Below, one piece after another: positions 1-57,089 of a DNA stretch of 64,000 nucleotides. Position numbers and translations under genes: made by a program. Below the pieces are notes generated by a model that searched no databases, was not told the origin of the DNA, and saw nothing but the letters and a program-made list of their open reading frames with translations. Source of the DNA: Owenia fusiformis (taxonomy: Eukaryota); NCBI GenBank assembly GCA_903813345.2, contig CAIIXF020000001.1, positions 39,494,001 to 39,558,000 of the forward strand. The letters run 5' to 3'. Each line of letters starts with the position of its first letter. The first letter of the stretch is position 1.

Positions 1-149
1 TGGTCGAAAATGTTCTGCTGTAAAACTGTTAACGTTAGCATTTTTTATTATTTATCTTGTAGGGGTTTATATTTTTATCAGTGGCATGTTAAATTAACAG
101 ATGCCTATTAAAGCGTGTTATTTTGTATAGTGGGTGGGTGTCTATTTTG

Positions 150-548
150 TGAAAATGCCTTAAACTCCAAAAATTAGCAGAAATCGATCAACAGTGACTG
201 AAATCGCCGAAACGTGACATTTCAAAAAATACTTTAAAATGACCCAGGAGTAAGAATCAAGTGATCGTTTGGTAAAAGAATGCCTCAAACTCCAGGAATC
301 ACCAAAAATCACTCAAGCGTGAAAATTGTAAAAATGCTCTTAAATGTATCGGGAGTAAGAATACTGTGTCCATTTGGTGATTAAATACCTCAAACTCAAG
401 AAATAAGCGAAAATCACTCAAGCGTGAAGATTGGAAAAATATTCTAAAATGACTCCAAAGTAAGAATCAAGTAATCGTTTGGAGAAAAAATTAGCACAAA
501 TTGATCAACTTGACAATTTAAAAATATTCTAAAATAACTCAGGAGACT
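150..548. repeat. Degenerate ~105-bp tandem repeat
   Basis: Recurring gagtaagaatcaagtgatcgtttgg...cctcaaactcc...aaaatcactcaagcgtgaa units. Confidence 0.65.
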
Positions 549-589
549 TTTTGGTTATAAATATTCAATACCTGTCTAAACTTGTTATA

Positions 590-1673
590 TTGGATGATTT
601 TCTTTTATCTGATTGGATGAGAATATACCGCAACCCGATTGGTTAAAATTATTCTGAAACTCTAAACATAATTGGTTAAAATAATCCAAACATACTGTGC
701 CCTGATTGGTTAAAATGATTCTGCAAGTCAAAACCTGATTGGTTAAAAATTACTATACTCTGATTGGTTAAAATAATTCTGCAAGCTAAAACCTGTTTGG
801 TTGAAATGGTTCTGCAGTTATCTTTTTTACTATTTTATCAGTTTGTTATCAACCTTTGACCTATAACAATGAAACATCCATGAAGTAAACAAGATAACTT
901 ATCACATAGTCACCAGGTTACCTTAACAGTGATTGTTTGATTATCTTATCAATTGAGCTCTCTCTTATCAATTATCAGTAACCTTTGACCAGTGATATAA
1001 AGTGGCATGATGGTTCTACAGCTTATACAACCTATGAAGTATGTGTCAAATATAATTGGTCAAATTAATATATTACAGCCATGTGATTGGTCGAAATTGT
1101 TGTGCAGTTATCTTTTTCACTGTTTTATCAGTTTGTTATCAACCTTTGACCTATAACAATGAAACATCCATGAAGTAGACAAGATAGCTTATCACATAGT
1201 CACCAGGTTACCTTAACAGTGTTTGTTTGATTATCTTATCAATTGAGCTCTCTCTTATCAGTTAACAGTAACCTTTGACCAGTTATATCAGTAACCATGT
1301 GACGTATGACATCATTTCTATGCATTCAACTCAAACCTATGTTCTTTTATCAATATAACCTTTGTCCTGTTATATCAGAAACCATGGTAGTTATCTTTTC
1401 ACTGTCTTATCAGTTTATTATCTCTCTCTTATCAATTATCAGTAACCTTTGGCCATCTTTTTCACTGTCTTATCAGTTTATTACCTCTCTCTTATCAATT
1501 ATCAGTAACCTTTGAGCCAGTTATGTCACCAGGTGTAAGTGTAAGGAACACGTGACCTATGACGTCACTTCCAACACGTGACCTATGACGTCACTTCCGG
1601 TGTAAGTGTAACTTCCGGTGTAAGTGTAAGTACCGGTGCCGGTAGGGGGTCGAAATGGACGCCATATACTACT
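590..1673. mobile_element. Possible Polinton/Maverick-like terminal repeat fragment
   Basis: Multiple tgattggttaaaa motifs, a ~180-bp direct duplication (~810-990 / ~1103-1285), tgacgtcacttcc repeats, ending in ...gccatatACTACT (reverse complement AGTAGT). Confidence 0.4.
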
Positions 1674-2771
1674 TATATCGCAGTGACGATGTGTGTTTCT
1701 CATCAACCTGTTTCAAAGATGTTTGTCATATAGTGTAGGAGATGTTTCTTTGTCATATAACAGTGTAAAATATGTTTATTTGCTGTATTTCAGTTTGGAC
1801 TTAAAAATGTTTATACTGAGAAGCTAGAATTAATCTTGAGATGGAATCTACAAATACATTGTCATGTATAAATTAAAAGATACAAATACAGGGTGACACA
1901 AAATATGCAACGTTCTAAATTATGATGCCTTATTCTTGAACTTTCCAGTATGGGATGCTCAGTGCATTGAATAGTGGTGGTAAACATTTACAGGTTCAAC
2001 AACCAGAGGTTTAGAGAGATCATGCTATCCATTTTGGCTTGCTCAGATGCAATGTAATTTTTACGAGATAGGCAAGTCAGTTAATCATAAAATTATTCCA
2101 CAAAAAGTGAGTAAAGAGGATATATTATTGATAATACATTAAAAAGCAATCCAGAAATGATTTAAATAAGGCATAGACAGATAACCAATTTGATGCAACT
2201 TGGACGTACCTAGATGGAAAAAGTTGTTCCAAAATTAGAGGGTCACATTTTTAGTTACATTCTAACATGTGTTTCATTCCAAGTACCTCACTGTCTTTCT
2301 TGAGAAAAGAACTATCTTTGTTATTCAGTGTACTAATTGCTAGTAAAATAGTTTTGATTGTCATCATTAAATATTCAAAAGGTTTGGCGATATCATATTT
2401 GAAATCTGCCCACAAAAGCCTATCAGATCTAAAAATGTTTATAAACTTTGATTTTTTTGTGAAGATGTAATTTCTTGGTTGAGTAGATTCCTCATATTGC
2501 CCATTTTTGTTGGTATAAGATCAGCAAAAGTAAAATATGTTTTCTTGTTTTTAACATATGAAAATCTCTTATTGATTATGATTTTAAATGGTACAATTAT
2601 CTACCTAAAAATGACAATGAAAATTGATTCACTAAATCTATTCATTATTTCAGTTTGGGGGAATTTTTTGTATACCTACCTTGAAAAAGTAGCTTCCTAC
2701 TGGCACCTACACCATTTATTTGATTCATCAAAACCTGGACAACTAAAAGCCATTAATTTCCAAATACTATA

Positions 2772-2959
2772 CAGGCCCCTAGCCAGGATTTTGAAAAATT
2801 CCAATGGGGGTTCACTTTTGACAAGTTTGGTCCAAAAATGGCCCAAATCACTTAAAAAGTGCCCAGAATGGCGAAAAACTGTATGATTTTGAAAGAATTT
2901 TTGGCCAGGGGGGGGGGGGGTCGCTTGAATCTATCGAGCCTCCCCTTGCTACGGGCCTG
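2772..2959. mobile_element. MITE with CAGGCCC termini and 5-bp TSD (CTATA)
   Basis: ctata|caggcccctagc ... gctacgggcctg|ctata; poly-G tract. Confidence 0.85.
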
Positions 2960-3926
2960 CTATATACCATTTCAACTTTTTGTTCTGGCTAGTTCTAATT
3001 TCTAACTTCAATGCTACTGAAAATTGCTGAAAATTCAATTATTCAGATCATCTAATTGGCTCAATGTTGAAACATTAATTATAGAGTTTACATTTTCTTG
3101 TTTCATGTAAAATGTTTAGTCTAAGCCAAGCTTTCCTGATTGTGACAAATGTTTAATTTCCAGCCTCAAAACAAAAAGTAATATTTGAATTACATAAATA
3201 TATTTTCAAACGATAACTGGATATGTTGCAAATCGTTAATCACACTGTCACAATGTTTTATTTTATATAGTTAGTAAATATTTTCTGACATTTCAATGTG
3301 GACTTAATTTTTTACTCAATATATTATTTGATATTTTGGGGAATTTTAACATGGAGTTAAATCTTTTAAAGTCAAGGTTTTTAACATACCAAAAAAGCAG
3401 AAACACTGATTGCAAGAAAAAAGCTGACCTCCTTATGCAATCAAAAGAAAAGCAGTTTCCCAGGTTAATTATTACATGTATTGTTTTGCATCAAAAAACA
3501 ATCCAATTATAATATACTGATTGCATACTGTATGCAGCTAATACCAATTATACTACTTGCTATATAATACATACATGTTGAATATACACTGCATGTACAA
3601 ATCAATCAAGCGCTTAAAATATAAAGCCCACTAGTAGCTCTGCATTTAAATATATGAACCCACATTTATGTGACTATTGAATAGAACACCAGTACACATA
3701 CAATTATTTTACATATAAATAAAACTCGATAACTAAATATTCTAAACAGTGGATTAAAACAGAAATAGGAGTTATGAGTACAGTTAAAGTTGAAACTTAG
3801 ATGGACTTTGATGGATGCTAAAATATGAAAGAACATGGAATGGCTTGGAGGAGTTATAATATGTCTGCCTAATGGGCTAAGTAAACTTACAATAGCTTGA
3901 ACTATGTATGGTTAAGTTTACACAAA

Positions 3927-46858
<42,932 letters not shown>

Positions 46859-48104
46859 TGTGAATACAATGCCCCTGGCTACATTGTCAAGAAGATATGG
46901 AGCATAATGTGAATATAATGCCCCTGACTACACTTTCAAGAAGATATGGGGTGCATAATGTGATTATAATGACCCTGGCTACACTGTCAAGAAGATATGG
47001 GGTGCATAATGTGAATATAATGCCCCCGACTACACTGTCAAGAAGATATATTAATTGACAAGCAACTTGTTATGGAGTGTGTGACAAAGTGCATCATGCC
47101 TCTTGTTTTACTCTCCGAAACTTATATACAAATACTATAAAAATGTGGAGTGCAATAACATTTTGTATGCCCCTTGTACAGTCAAAAATATGGATGCATA
47201 TAATGTTTAAACTGTTCGAGATACACTGACACAATGACAATGTGCAGAAAAATTACACAAACATGCATGATAAAACGTACTTAAATGAATCGGAAGAAAA
47301 ACCAATTTTCATGTTGCTCCAACTTAAGATTAAAGTTAGGATTCATAGATATAGAATTTACAATAACGCAGATGCGAGTAGGTAGTTACCAGATTCACCA
47401 CCAGGTGGCTTGTTCGGGTCAGATAGTTCCCTTTAACTTAAATTACATCTATTTGCGTGGTTTAATTTTCATATAACCCTTATGTATCTATACTAATAGT
47501 TATGCAAATTGAAATATGTCCAGTAAAAGAAAATGTTATCTGTCCAATACAATAGAAGATAATTCACTTTTTGTTATTTTGTAACATGGGGTCTATGGGG
47601 AATCAACCCGAACAAGAAGTCACATTTTCTAACAAATTAAATGTTACTTAAAGAAATAGAGCATGCTTAACCCAACTGATTGCATCTGGAAACAAACCTA
47701 AAAGGACTTTAGCCATAAAAGGAACTTAAATTGGGAATAGTAAGTACATGTATGTGCAAAAGTGACACAAAGATGCAAGTGCCTTTACTGGTTATTATTA
47801 GTTGCTATTAAATAACAATATCTTGTCGAAAAAAGTGTTTTTTTGTAAAACCATTTCTCGTAACAGTTGTAAATTGATAATAAAACTGAGTTTCACAAAT
47901 ACATTTTTTGCATGTCATACCGCATTTCATGTGCAACATCCACTTCAAATTCTTTCTAGAGGCCAATCAAACTGAGTTTCCAGAAACAACATGTTGGTAC
48001 TATACTTGCCTAAAGTACATTTTGATATTCTTCCTGAGGTTACAATATTGTTCACTATGTCTTTTGCTCCCCTTGTATTGACACTGTAAATAGTATAAGT
48101 GTAA

Positions 48105-48678
48105 TTATGTCACCACCAAAAAGCAGTGACATATATTGGTCTCCGTTTTTTTACGGCGGTTGGCGATCGGCGTCTGTAACAAATTCTTACAACTTCCAAG
48201 AACTTAACAAATACTGTTTACATCATTTTCATGTTTCCAGAAGTTCAAATCTAACTTTATATTTTAGATTTGACCTTTAATGACCTTTTCAAGATCGAAA
48301 AAGGTTAAAAAGGTCTTTTGTCAACTTGCTTTGAATTTTTCAAAATCATCTACAAGTTCTCAACAGTTCAAATCTGACTATAGATTTGACCTCCAATGGC
48401 ATTCTTAAGGCCAAAATAAGTCTTTTTTAATCTTGCTTCAAATTGACCAATTTTTTCTCAGTTCTCAGAAGTTCGAATCTGACATTAAATTTGAGATTTC
48501 ACCTTCAATGTGCTTCTCAGGGTCAAAAAAGGTATTTTTAATACTTGCTTCAAATTGACCAATTTATTTTTTCCAAATCATCTACAAGTTCTAAGAAATT
48601 TAAATCTGACTAAGATTGAACTCACAATATTATGAGCAACAAGGTGGTGACATTTTGTCATGTTAATGCCTTGTTTTG
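48105..48678 (+). mobile_element. HINE-like element, family 2 copy
   Basis: ttatgtcaccacc..gtgacat..ggcgatcggcgtctgtaacaaattcttacaa ... ggtggtgacattttgtcatgttaatgccttgttt; colinear with 41437-42100. Confidence 0.72.
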
Positions 48679-49844
48679 ACATGCAGTATACCCCTGTACA
48701 TGTATGTGGGGGAAAATTGCTTGTAGTCTTCAGGCTTGTAACTTTGAAAGTTCAAAGAAGAAACATTACTTAATTTCATTCTGTAAATGTTTCATGTAGT
48801 TTTCAAAACATTATTGATTTTGCAGTACTGTAAATACTCAAAAACATTTATTCATTTGTTTTATATACCAAGTCTTCCTCTATACAGATGTATAGTATAG
48901 TGAATGTAAATTAACTTGCTGTTATATAATATAAATACAATATATTTATAATGTTATAAACATAGCACACATGTTTGTTGATACCTGTACCTGATTAAGA
49001 ATAATAAATAATTTGCTCATTTCAAAATGGTCGCCATTTTCCCCCCAAAATGTAATAGGATAATTCAAATACTGGTTGATTTAATATGATACATTTGTCG
49101 CACGGCGGCCGTATGTCGCAAATGTGACTGGGGCTTCAGGAACATATATGACTGTACTCTAGGAGGGATTTTCAAGATCGCTGCTCAAGCACAAAATCAA
49201 TTCAAAAGTGTCACCAATTTTTCGAAAAATGTTTTTTGCTCATTTTTATAGAATTTGGCCGAAGTTTTATAGGCGGATATTCTATTGGAAAGGACCTCTG
49301 CTCAAGAAGGAGTTTCCACTCAATTCGGAAATGTTTATCAGATAATGTTCCACTCTAAATATTTGGTGCGGTAGCTCAATAAACAATAAACTTTCTCGTT
49401 TGATAATTTTGTGTTGTGAGAGAACTTAGACCACGCCAACTGTTTCCATAATCCCCAAACATACTAGGAAATACGTTTTTATGTTTGTGGCAAAAGTACG
49501 TTCAACTGATGAATTGGCCCGTAATAAAAGGGCACGTCGGTCAGGACATGGAAGGTGTAAATTCCACACTACGCCAAAAAAGAAAAAAGAAACTATTGTC
49601 AAATCTTCGTGGTGCGCGCATTATACCGAAACCCATTATACCGACGCGCATTGTACCAAAAGGTGTTATACCGAATACCATAATCACTGTTCCACAACTA
49701 GTTACCTAGACGGAATGTCAATGTAAAATGGATGAACTTCCTGGTTACGAATTTTTTGCTTTCTCGATTTAAACCTCCTAATAAGTCAAGTTGCAGATTA
49801 TAATTTGGCCTAAATCTAGAAAATATAGCCTAGTTTTAATAAGT

Positions 49845-50040
49845 TTCTTCGATTTGGAATTTGTTTTGTAAATGAAGCTCTGTAATTCATATACTAAGCC
49901 CCTCGCTTTTGTTACATTGACGAAAGCCCGTTATATTACCAATGTGTGTTACTTTGACGACTTACGTCAATGTAACAAAAGCGATGGTCTAAATGCACAA
50001 ATTACAGATTTATTGAAAAATCAAATTCCAAACCGAGAGC
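49845..50040. repeat. Palindromic element remnant
   Basis: tcgcttttgttacattgacg..cgtcaatgtaacaaaagcga with outer tttggaattt/aaattccaaa arms. Confidence 0.65.
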
Positions 50041-50800
50041 ATTTCTAATGTAAACGAATTTTACGGTGTTCCATGCGTTCTATTGTCATGATTCAAGTAC
50101 TACTTTGAGGGGCATAGTAATAAAAAAATTATCATATAAAATGTCGTTAAATACATAAATGAAATTGGTCCGTCTAATAACCGAGAAATCAAGCATAACG
50201 TACATGTATTCTACTTTAAAACACAATTTTACAAACCAAAGGTTTACGTGCATTTATTCATCGTGGTAAAGCATGGCTAGCCACACGTTAAGCACACCAT
50301 TGGAAAGTTATTTTTGCGATTTTATATATCATAATGATATTTACCAGAACAAAATAGAGAATTAAACCTTAGAATGTTAATGATACACCCTGAAAGGATG
50401 TGGTACGTCCCCACTCAACACATTCCCCAAAAAGTCTGATTCTGTAGAATTGACCCTTTCCATATAAATGGAAAAATAGATGGCATCATGGGTATAGATG
50501 GGGCGAAATAACATGACAAGAGTCACTTAATTTCTTGATTTAACAAGTAATTCCATTTGAATCAACTTAAAACACCATTAAAATGTAACTATATGATATT
50601 ATTGACATATGGATTGTGATTTCACATTAAAATTGTGATCCTTGTAAGAGTAAATGAACTTTTGAAGGTTTTTCAACATTTGCTGGAATTACACATGGCG
50701 TTTTACAAAAGCTTTTTCGGTTTTAACCAGGTTTAAGAATTAGGTGTAATCACGATTGCGGTTTTACAAAAGCGCTTTTCTAAAACTCCAAGAACCCTTG

Positions 50801-53800
50801 TAGTCCAGTAAAACCATGACAAAAATTGACAAATGAAGGAAAAAATTGCAAAAGTATTTAAACCTAGTGTAATCAATGCATAATGATGGGTTAAAAGACA
50901 TATCAAAAATCTAGAAAAATCTAAGTAGTGGAAAACTTCAAAAATCACCATTTATACCCCCTGGGGTACTTTTACGAGGGGGTACTATCATAAACCTTAA
51001 TAATTCCTGTTATGTACCCCAAATCACATTCAAATTTTCAGGGATCATGCAGCTATACATAGTCAGTTACCATGGCAAGTTTGATATTGATTGGTGAAAT
51101 GATTACCATGGCAACACAATTTAATTACACAAAAGCTGTAAATATTTTGGATAAATCCAAAGCTTCCTTAAAAACAAATGTCTGCTTATCTTATCTGAAG
51201 TTATTCCAAATGAACAAAACTTTGACCTTTAAAACATATTTAGGGAGTTTTCAATAAGATAACATGATACAAATGATGAACTCGTGGATGTCTATGACTC
51301 TGGACTCTATTGATATTTGGTGACTACTGCTCAATCTACTAAAAAGTGGGTGTGGTACTTTTCATGAATACAGATATTATAATTTGATATGGTAAGTCTG
51401 AACATGATTGGTCAAGTGGTTGCCATAGTAACACAACATAATGAATGCAAATAGTGGCTAGAGATCATTTCAAATAATCCTTATATCTTAACAGGTTGTT
51501 CCAATTGCATTAATCTTTTAAGAGTTGTTTTGTGTATGATTCTAACAAAATTAAGTTTGGATAATATTGATACATGGTTGTTATGGCAACCTAACTGATA
51601 ATACTGTTTGTTAAGACACATGCTTTGCTACTGTAGTATCTTCTTAGTACAAAATACGGCAGGCCATGTCTCTAACTCTCTGTCTGTCTGGATATCTCCT
51701 TCTAGACCCTTCAACCTTGAGTCATCATGCTTGATCAATATTCTTAGTGGATCAATGAGTTTCCTATTAAGGACAGAGGTCAATATCTCGGTATTTGGCA
51801 TTTTAAGATCCTGGGCGGATGCTGTGACCCTTGACGACCAATGATAAGGTAACCTGAAGTCAAGGTCAATGTTATGGGTCAAAGTCATTCCAAGGTCAAT
51901 GATCAATTTCTTGGTGTTAAAGTATTTTGGGGGCTTGTTGACCCACTTGTATGGGTAGAGATTGCTAGTATAAGTAATGAAATTATGTTCAATTTGAATT
52001 GTTTTCACAATCCAGTTTAAATGTAATTGTTAAAACATATTTATATCTACTTCCATTGTGTCTCAATCTTTCTGATGTAAAGTTGTTTGTCAGAGGATGT
52101 ATTCATCTCAGACTTTGGAGGCTGAGGCTGTACCCATCTTGAAATTCCTGAGACTGCACCTTCTCAGATTCTGAAGGATGTATTCATCTTAATCGCTGGA
52201 GGCTGTACCATCTTAGATTCTGGAGGATGCATTCATCTTAGACTCTGGAAGATGTACCATCTTAGATACTGGAGGATGTATTCATCTTAGACTCTGGAGG
52301 CTGTACTATCTTAGATTCTGGAGGATGTATTTATCTTAGACTCTGGAGGCTATAGTATCTTAAATTCCGGAGGATGTATTCATCTCAGACTTTGGAGGCT
52401 GAGGCTGTACCCATCTTTAGACTCTTGAGACTGTACCATCTTAGATTCTGGAGGATGCATTCATCATAGACTCTGGAGGATATACCATCTTAGATTCTGG
52501 AGGATGTATTCATCTTAGACTCTTGAGGCTGTACTATCTTAGATTCTTAAGGCTATAACCATCTATGACAATGGAGGCTGTACCATTTTAGTCTCTGGAG
52601 GCTGTTCCCATCCTAAGACTCTGGAGGCTGTGCCCAATTTAGAGTCTGTAGACTGTACCATCTTAGGCTCTGGTAGCTGAACTATCTTATAGTCTAAGTG
52701 TTCTGGAGGATGTATTCACCTAAGACTTCAGAAGCGGTACCATCTTAGATTCTGGAGGATGTATTCATCTTAGACTTTGGATACTGTACAATCTTAGATT
52801 CTTAAGGCTATAACCATCTATGACAATGGAGGCTGTACCATTTTAGTCTCTGGAGGCTGTTCACATCCTAAGACTCTGGAGGCTGTGCCCAATTTAGAGT
52901 CTGTAGACTGTACCATCTTAGGCTCTGGGAGCTGAACTATCTTATAGTCTAAGTGTTCTACCATATTAAGGTACAGTATGGGATGTTACTTTCTAGGGAT
53001 TGAGCCGCATGTTCTCTGGGGATTGAAACACGGTGCATAATTTTGAATCAACATTGCAACATGCACTCTAAACATACATATGGTAGAATACTCTCATAGT
53101 CAATATATTGCAAATGACATGGATTGAATGGGATCGCAACTTAGTCAGCCCCTCAGCTTATTTTAGCAGTTGAGGTTATATTATTTATATTTTCACTTAT
53201 CAGGCTATTGCTGAAGCACTTAATAAAAAAATAAGAATTTATGATAATTACAGGCACAACAATTAGATTGAAAAATATTTGAACTCCTTTGATACTCCTT
53301 TTAAGTAAAAATGTAGTTAAGATAATAAGTATGTGTGCCTGGCTCCGCCCACATTTTACATTAATCACGTTTTGTTACTATGACCTACTGTGAGTAATGT
53401 GCAACCCATTGTTACTATTGACCAATTATGATCAAGATTACCATATCAACTGACGATAATGTGATTGATGACCCTATGAAAATGACTGTGATAATACTAC
53501 CAACATAAAATTAATAGGAAATGTAACCAAAAAGTGCCACGCCCACTTTTCAATTCACCCCTGCCCCATGATGTTAGAATTGTCAAAATTAAGAACATAA
53601 ATATATTCTGTTCATCTACAAAATTATATTTTATTGTATTTTACACATCATGGGCACAATAATATGTTGAATATTTGGTTGATAGACCTCTTATTTTAAA
53701 TGGATGATGTTGCGCTCATCCTGACCCTAAAACTGGCCCTAGAAAATGAACAAATTATAAGAACTTAAATAATTTTTTTCTGTCAAACAAATTAACCTAC

Positions 53801-54260
53801 AGTTCTGATATTCATAGTGTCTAATGTCTGATAGTAGGACAACTCTTATGAATTTTTAAAAGTCATCACTATGTCTAATGATCAAATTATAGGCATTTAT
53901 AGAGAAAAATGGGTGAAAAAAGCATACAAGGTAAGGTCATGAACACACACATGAAATTTTCTCAATATTTTCAAACTTTCTTCTATGAAACTATCAATTT
54001 TGATATCTTTCTAATACATACATGAAAAAAACAAGAGACACTTTAAAAAGAAAGTAGTGTGATAATTTTTTTAAAATAAATAGTTGTCATTTTGGGGGGT
54101 CATTGAGCGGGTATCTTCAGAACGAAAATTCATAGTCTTCCACTACTTAGATTTTTCTAGATTTTTGATATGTTTTTTTACTTACCAAGACACATTGATT
54201 TCACCAGGTTTAAAAACTTTTGCAATTTTTTCCTTTATTTTTGTGTTTTTTACTGGACTA
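50801..54260. mobile_element. Academ-like non-autonomous DNA transposon (TAG...CTA termini, 3-bp TSD TTG)
   Basis: ttg|tagtccagtaaaa...aaaatctagaaaaatctaagtagtggaa inverted against ttccactacttagatttttctagattttt...ttttactggacta|ttg; ~130-bp TIRs. Confidence 0.75.
52090..52960. repeat. Complex ~21/44-bp minisatellite inside the Academ-like element
   Basis: ctggaggatgtattcatcttagactctggaggctgtaccatcttagatt repeats, with a ~160-bp higher-order duplication (~52540-52700 / ~52795-52957). Confidence 0.85.
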
Positions 54261-55129
54261 TTGTCACTAGTAAACGGCATAAGTCGTTAGGCGCTTTAAG
54301 TGTGCAGTGTAATACCGATCGGTTTTTGTAAGACGCCTTACCCGGGTTTTTACTAGTTTTTAACATTTGCCCTAAACGAAATAAGAAATCATTTCATGCT
54401 GCTATGTGGCTATATCTAAATTGAAAAATGGATGATGGTCGCCAGGTCACATCGAAATCAATTTCTTTTTATTATGTTTTCTCATAATTAATAAAAGATA
54501 AATAAAAAATATGCAATGTCATGCATTTTTAATCAAATTATGGAAGATCAGTTTTGTCTTAGGTGCAAAAAGAATACAGTTCCTTAATAGGTCGTTCAGT
54601 TTTTCTTGTTTTTGTTCTACACAACACTTGTGTTTAATAGCCAGTCGCGTAATTATTAATAAGCGTAATCAGATTATTTCAAGCGTCGAAATAGCTTATT
54701 TTCCTCGACGTATCTACACAAACCTATTCACTTACCGTTATATTGAGCGATCTAGATGCGTCAATTATAATTGTTTTCACTCATCGGCTTTAGCGGCCCG
54801 CGATACCTTTTATTTCATTCATTTGAGACGCAATTGATATATTGGCAACAAATCAAATGTTCTAAATGATACTTCTTCATTTTGGAATGTTTCTCCTACC
54901 CGATATTTAAAGATTAAATATTATACTTTACATTGATAACGATTCTTGTACTTTCTGTCTTTACGACTTCCGTTCACATTTGCAAGAGTTGTTGATTGCG
55001 TTGCCTTGACCGTTGGTCGAACTTCGATTCCAACTAAATCAGATTAATCAATTAAGAAATGTAATTTCATGTTTATCCAAGCAAATAATTGTAACAACTA
55101 CATTATTTTTTAGCAGTTTTGACACCTAA

Positions 55130-55510
55130 GCAGGGTAGCCTAGTGGCGTAGACTGAGGCTACTTTGCGGTTGAACGTCGTGGGATACGGAGGTCCCGCGT
55201 TCGAGCCCCAGGTACGGAGTTGTTGATCATTGTCACTACGGACACCCGGTCCGAAGGTCCAACCGTTCACCGGCCCTTGGCATGGGTTGGTTCTCTGGCC
55301 GCTCTTGCCGGAGACAGATTGTGAGACTGTGGTTGGTTCCTCCACTTACGTGCTTTAGTAAACTCCGGGAGTCATATAGTATGGTAGCGGGCCCCCACCA
55401 AGGGCAGTGGTGGAACGACGCGAATCGGTCCCAGTATAGTTGCCTTGCAACTGAAGAGACTCGAGGAAATCATGCCATTCGCAGTGACCCAGAAAAGACT
55501 TTTGCTTCTT
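55130..55510 (+). mobile_element. tRNA-derived SINE
   Basis: Pol III A box TAGCCTAGTGG (55136) and B box GTTCGAGCC (55199), GC-rich ~380-bp body, T-rich end; no intact tRNA cloverleaf. Confidence 0.65.
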
Positions 55511-57089
55511 AATTTGACGTTTTAATTCATTTATTTACATACTTTATTCATATTACTTTCCAGGCAGTTATGATTTTATTGGTCAAATAAATGAACGAAA
55601 AATCTAGATACTATTAAATACATCTAGAAAGTATCAAAACCATTATTCGATTTGTCGGACATATATAAAATAACACTTGAAAACACAACACACATAGCTG
55701 CAATATCCCTAGCATATGGCACAGTCGGTTCCCACGCTCTATCATTTTGTGCGGTCATCATAAGATAAGGAGGTACGGTTGATTGGCCCATGGGCTTTCA
55801 ACAGAGTCAAGAAATTGGCATGGGTACTTTGAGAAATGAGGTAGCAACAAAAAGAAACACTGGAAATAATCCAGAAATGTCCACACCATTGTTTTCGTTA
55901 GTTATGGCAAGGCCCCGGAGGAAAAACAGCATTCGTGGGTAGCTTAATTTTTGTACCAATTACCCTACTATCAAACCAAACTAGTTCTCACTACGTTCTC
56001 GGAAACGGGCTTCAACTGTGTACGAACGGACTGGACGTACTTAGTACCGTTTGTGGTCTATTTACAAACTAATTCATCGAACGTACTCGAACGGGTAGGT
56101 CCTCTAGAACTAACATGCTCAAAATGTTCTCTTGGTCGTCAAAACTGGGTTTAAACTGTGTGCGAACGGAATGAACGTAGCTACAACGTTCTACGGTTTT
56201 TACGAACTTCATGGACTTTCCCGGACGGGGAATGTGATTTAGAATTTTGAATCGATTCAAAATTCGATGACGACCATACCGTTCTGTGATCAGGTCATGA
56301 TGACCTTCTAGACTAAGGAACGCGTTATACGACGTTGCACACTGTCGTGGTGCGACCTGAACGAACTGCGAATGAGATGGACGTATTGAAGACTGTTTAC
56401 ATATATGATGTATCAAATAGACAAATAAATCCCTAATTCGGGTGCATTCTATGTTTGTAAGGACTGGAAATATTTGTAACTAACAATTAATTATTCGCCA
56501 ACTACAGCTTATAATTCGTAAATTTCAAATAAGTTGCCTGTTATTTTATCGCAGAAATGGGGGGGGGGGGTAATGACTTTGACCATGCCTTGACCATGTC
56601 TCGTTGAGAATGATCACGTGATCTCAATGGACCAATGAAAAACGAATATATAAGTGCAATTGACGAATACAAATTACAATATTTACGAACAGTAAATGTG
56701 CACTTCTACGGAAACATATTATACCTCGTTACGAAAATAAATTCGACAATTAATTATTAATCGATTTTGACATTCAGTTCGTAGATCTATATTAAACTAA
56801 TATATTGCAGAAACAACGATAAAGGTACAAATTGAACTTAAATTTATTTGAATACGGATATATACAATGTGTCCCTTACAAATGCTTTTGAGGACTTTTG
56901 AATGTCTTTCAGTATAAAACACGTACATTTTAACGAAACAAATTAGATGAACGAACAGAAAATACAAACACTGAGTGAAAATACTCAAGTTGCGAACATA
57001 AATGTGCTTTTAACAAATTCAAAAGTTCAATATACGAATACATATTGTAAATTACGAATAATGAAGCAGAAAACATTCCATAGATACTT

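Noticed and set aside
1888..1920. Tc1-like left TIR (TA cagggtgacacaaaa)
   Set aside because: No corresponding right TIR found, so the boundaries cannot be supported.
55130..55215. tRNA gene
   Set aside because: A and B boxes are present but the acceptor and anticodon stems do not pair; better explained as a SINE head.
55450..55480. Hammerhead ribozyme core (CTGAAGA...GAAA) in the SINE; similar motif at ~43697
   Set aside because: No valid stem II closing pair, and no stems I/III with a cleavage triplet could be formed.
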